A DNA stretch of 64,000 bases, from the NCBI GenBank assembly GCA_002633005.1, contig NMRA01000277.1, positions 124,001 through 188,000 on the forward strand, in the 5' to 3' direction. Source of the DNA: Phoronis australis. Taxonomy: Eukaryota > Animalia > Phoronida. Position numbers and translations under genes: made by a program. The notes below the pieces were generated by a model, which was not told the origin of the DNA, did not search any database, and saw nothing but the letters and a program-made list of their open reading frames with translations. Positions 62,382 to 64,000 of this stretch are shown piece by piece (position 1 is the first letter of the stretch; each line of letters begins with the position of its first letter).

Positions 62382-64000
62382 TTAATCTTGTTTTAATTCC
62401 ATTGGCCGCAAAATTTCTGTGCTAGCACAAAAATCAAGGAAGGAGAGATATTGTTTTCCTGGTACATAATCAAACAGTTTGTCGGGACTCAACTCTTCAC
62501 AGAAACTGGCTATGTCGTGTGCGAAACTTTCTCTGTTTCTCTGACCTGGTGTTGGTGTCGTCTCCAATATTGAGCTTTCATATATTTCATCCAATTCCTT
62601 AATTACTGATCCATACCTGCTCGACTTGCTGCTTCCTTGTTGTATTGTGCCTTGGTGTGTTGTAGATTTTCTGTAATATTTCACACTTATGTGAAACAAT
62701 ATATAGTATTGATATAATCTTTTAGATATTATGATCATATTATGAACTGTGAGCTTTATGAACACGCATCAAAAAATCAGTGCGTAAGGTGCAACATCTG
62801 TTAACACATCAAAACCGCGATTGGCATAATCTTAAGCATCAATTTATCGTATTACAAGTAGAAACGATTGAGCTTCCCTTAACATAACAATAATTCGTTA
62901 CACACGGTGTTTTAATGAATTACCTTTAAAATCGGCATTCAGGAATTCACAGTATCTGTCTATACCTTGGTTATTTCCTAAACCTCCATACAAGTTAAGT
63001 GTCCTGTTGTGAAGTATGGTGTTTGCAACCCAGGGACTGTACCAGCCATACATTCATGAAGTGGACAATTCAACGTTGAAAAGACCACTGTTTGAAGTGT
63101 TTCATGAAATCGAAACAACACAAGGTAAGAGTTATACAAACCCGCCAATAGCCTGTGTCCCAGAACTTGACGTTATTGTGGTTCCAAAACAGTGCCGGCA
63201 CGTGACATCGCCAAATGGTCATCGTGAATGGCCCACCAGCCTCTGGAATGGCCTTCTTTGTAGCACATGTCTAAGAGACCACTGCATGTGATGCTTATAG
63301 CGTAACTACGGACGTGATTATCATCGTTGTTTGAAGATCTGCATTAAATAAATGTATAGTAAAACATCAGCAAATAACACAACGTAACGGTTTTTCTTAA
63401 TATCGTAATATCTCGTTAAGTGTTATTGAAATAATTGCATAGTTCAAAATTTATTGGATGTTTTGATAATAATGGAACTACTTTGGAATACTTGCGGCAT
63501 CTCGGCAATCTCCGCGACAGTACCAGTCATCTTCTGGCACGCTATTCAGACCCACGCACTTTAAGTGATAACAGACACCCAGGTGACAGTTGATATTGGT
63601 ACACCTTATCATTAAAGTTGACTCACATTCTGAAATAGACATGATTCTATTAATACAGTATAAAGACTTATATAGTTTGAATGAATATAACAAATTTTCT
63701 AAAATGTAGCGTCATGTGTGACTTACATTTATACACTTAAGTATACCTTGTTCACAAAGACACCACACATCATCTGTCGTTTCGGAGTCCATGACATCAC
63801 TAATTGAGTCAATACCTGGTAATGACTATATTTCTTCTTCAACAACAGACTGCGCCAAGCCATCAATGAACTCTTTAGTCTTACTGAATTCTGGTGGCAA
63901 CTCTCCGTTGACGCTGACCAGTTCGGTCTTTTTCATGGCCAACATCACGACAAGGACTTCTGTTACGAAGCGAATAAAGGACTCGGTGTGGTTGAATGAG
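62382..64000 (-). pseudogene. AcademH(P)-like transposase remnant with an inserted PHD finger (continues beyond the window)
   Basis: Exons ~64000-63747 (ESFIRFVTEVLVVMLAMK...stop...WCLCEQ), 63629-63492 (MIRCTNINCHLGVCYHLKCVGLNSVPEDDWYC), 63338-~63135 (DNHVRSYAISITCSGLL) and 62670-62385 (DIASFCEELSPDKLFDYVPGKQYLSF). Confidence 0.75.

Overview
AT-rich, intron-bearing animal DNA (most likely a marine invertebrate draft assembly, with N gaps), dominated by transposon debris. The only intact long gene is a single-exon 939-aa LRR-LRRCT-Ig-TM surface receptor (40931-38112, minus). Just upstream of it is a 6.4-kb array of Helentron-associated (HINE/DINE-like) elements whose stacked heads suggest repeated self-insertion. 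The most unusual locus is 52.7-59.0 kb: a decayed P-superfamily DNA transposon whose arms enclose a P/THAP9-like transposase and, convergently, a stand-alone spliced PIF1 helicase. Two 1.1-kb MITEs with 8-bp TSDs share its arms, and one sits inside it. Immediately to the right is a decayed AcademH-type element (RecQ helicase plus PHD-containing transposase), and a second Academ-like transposase remnant lies at 28-29.7 kb. Several MITE families (3-bp, 5-bp, TA and 8-bp TSDs), a tRNA-derived SINE head, a LINE RNase H fragment, a foldback element and a near-perfect hairpin are also visible. All family assignments come from motif recognition by eye; no database searches were run.
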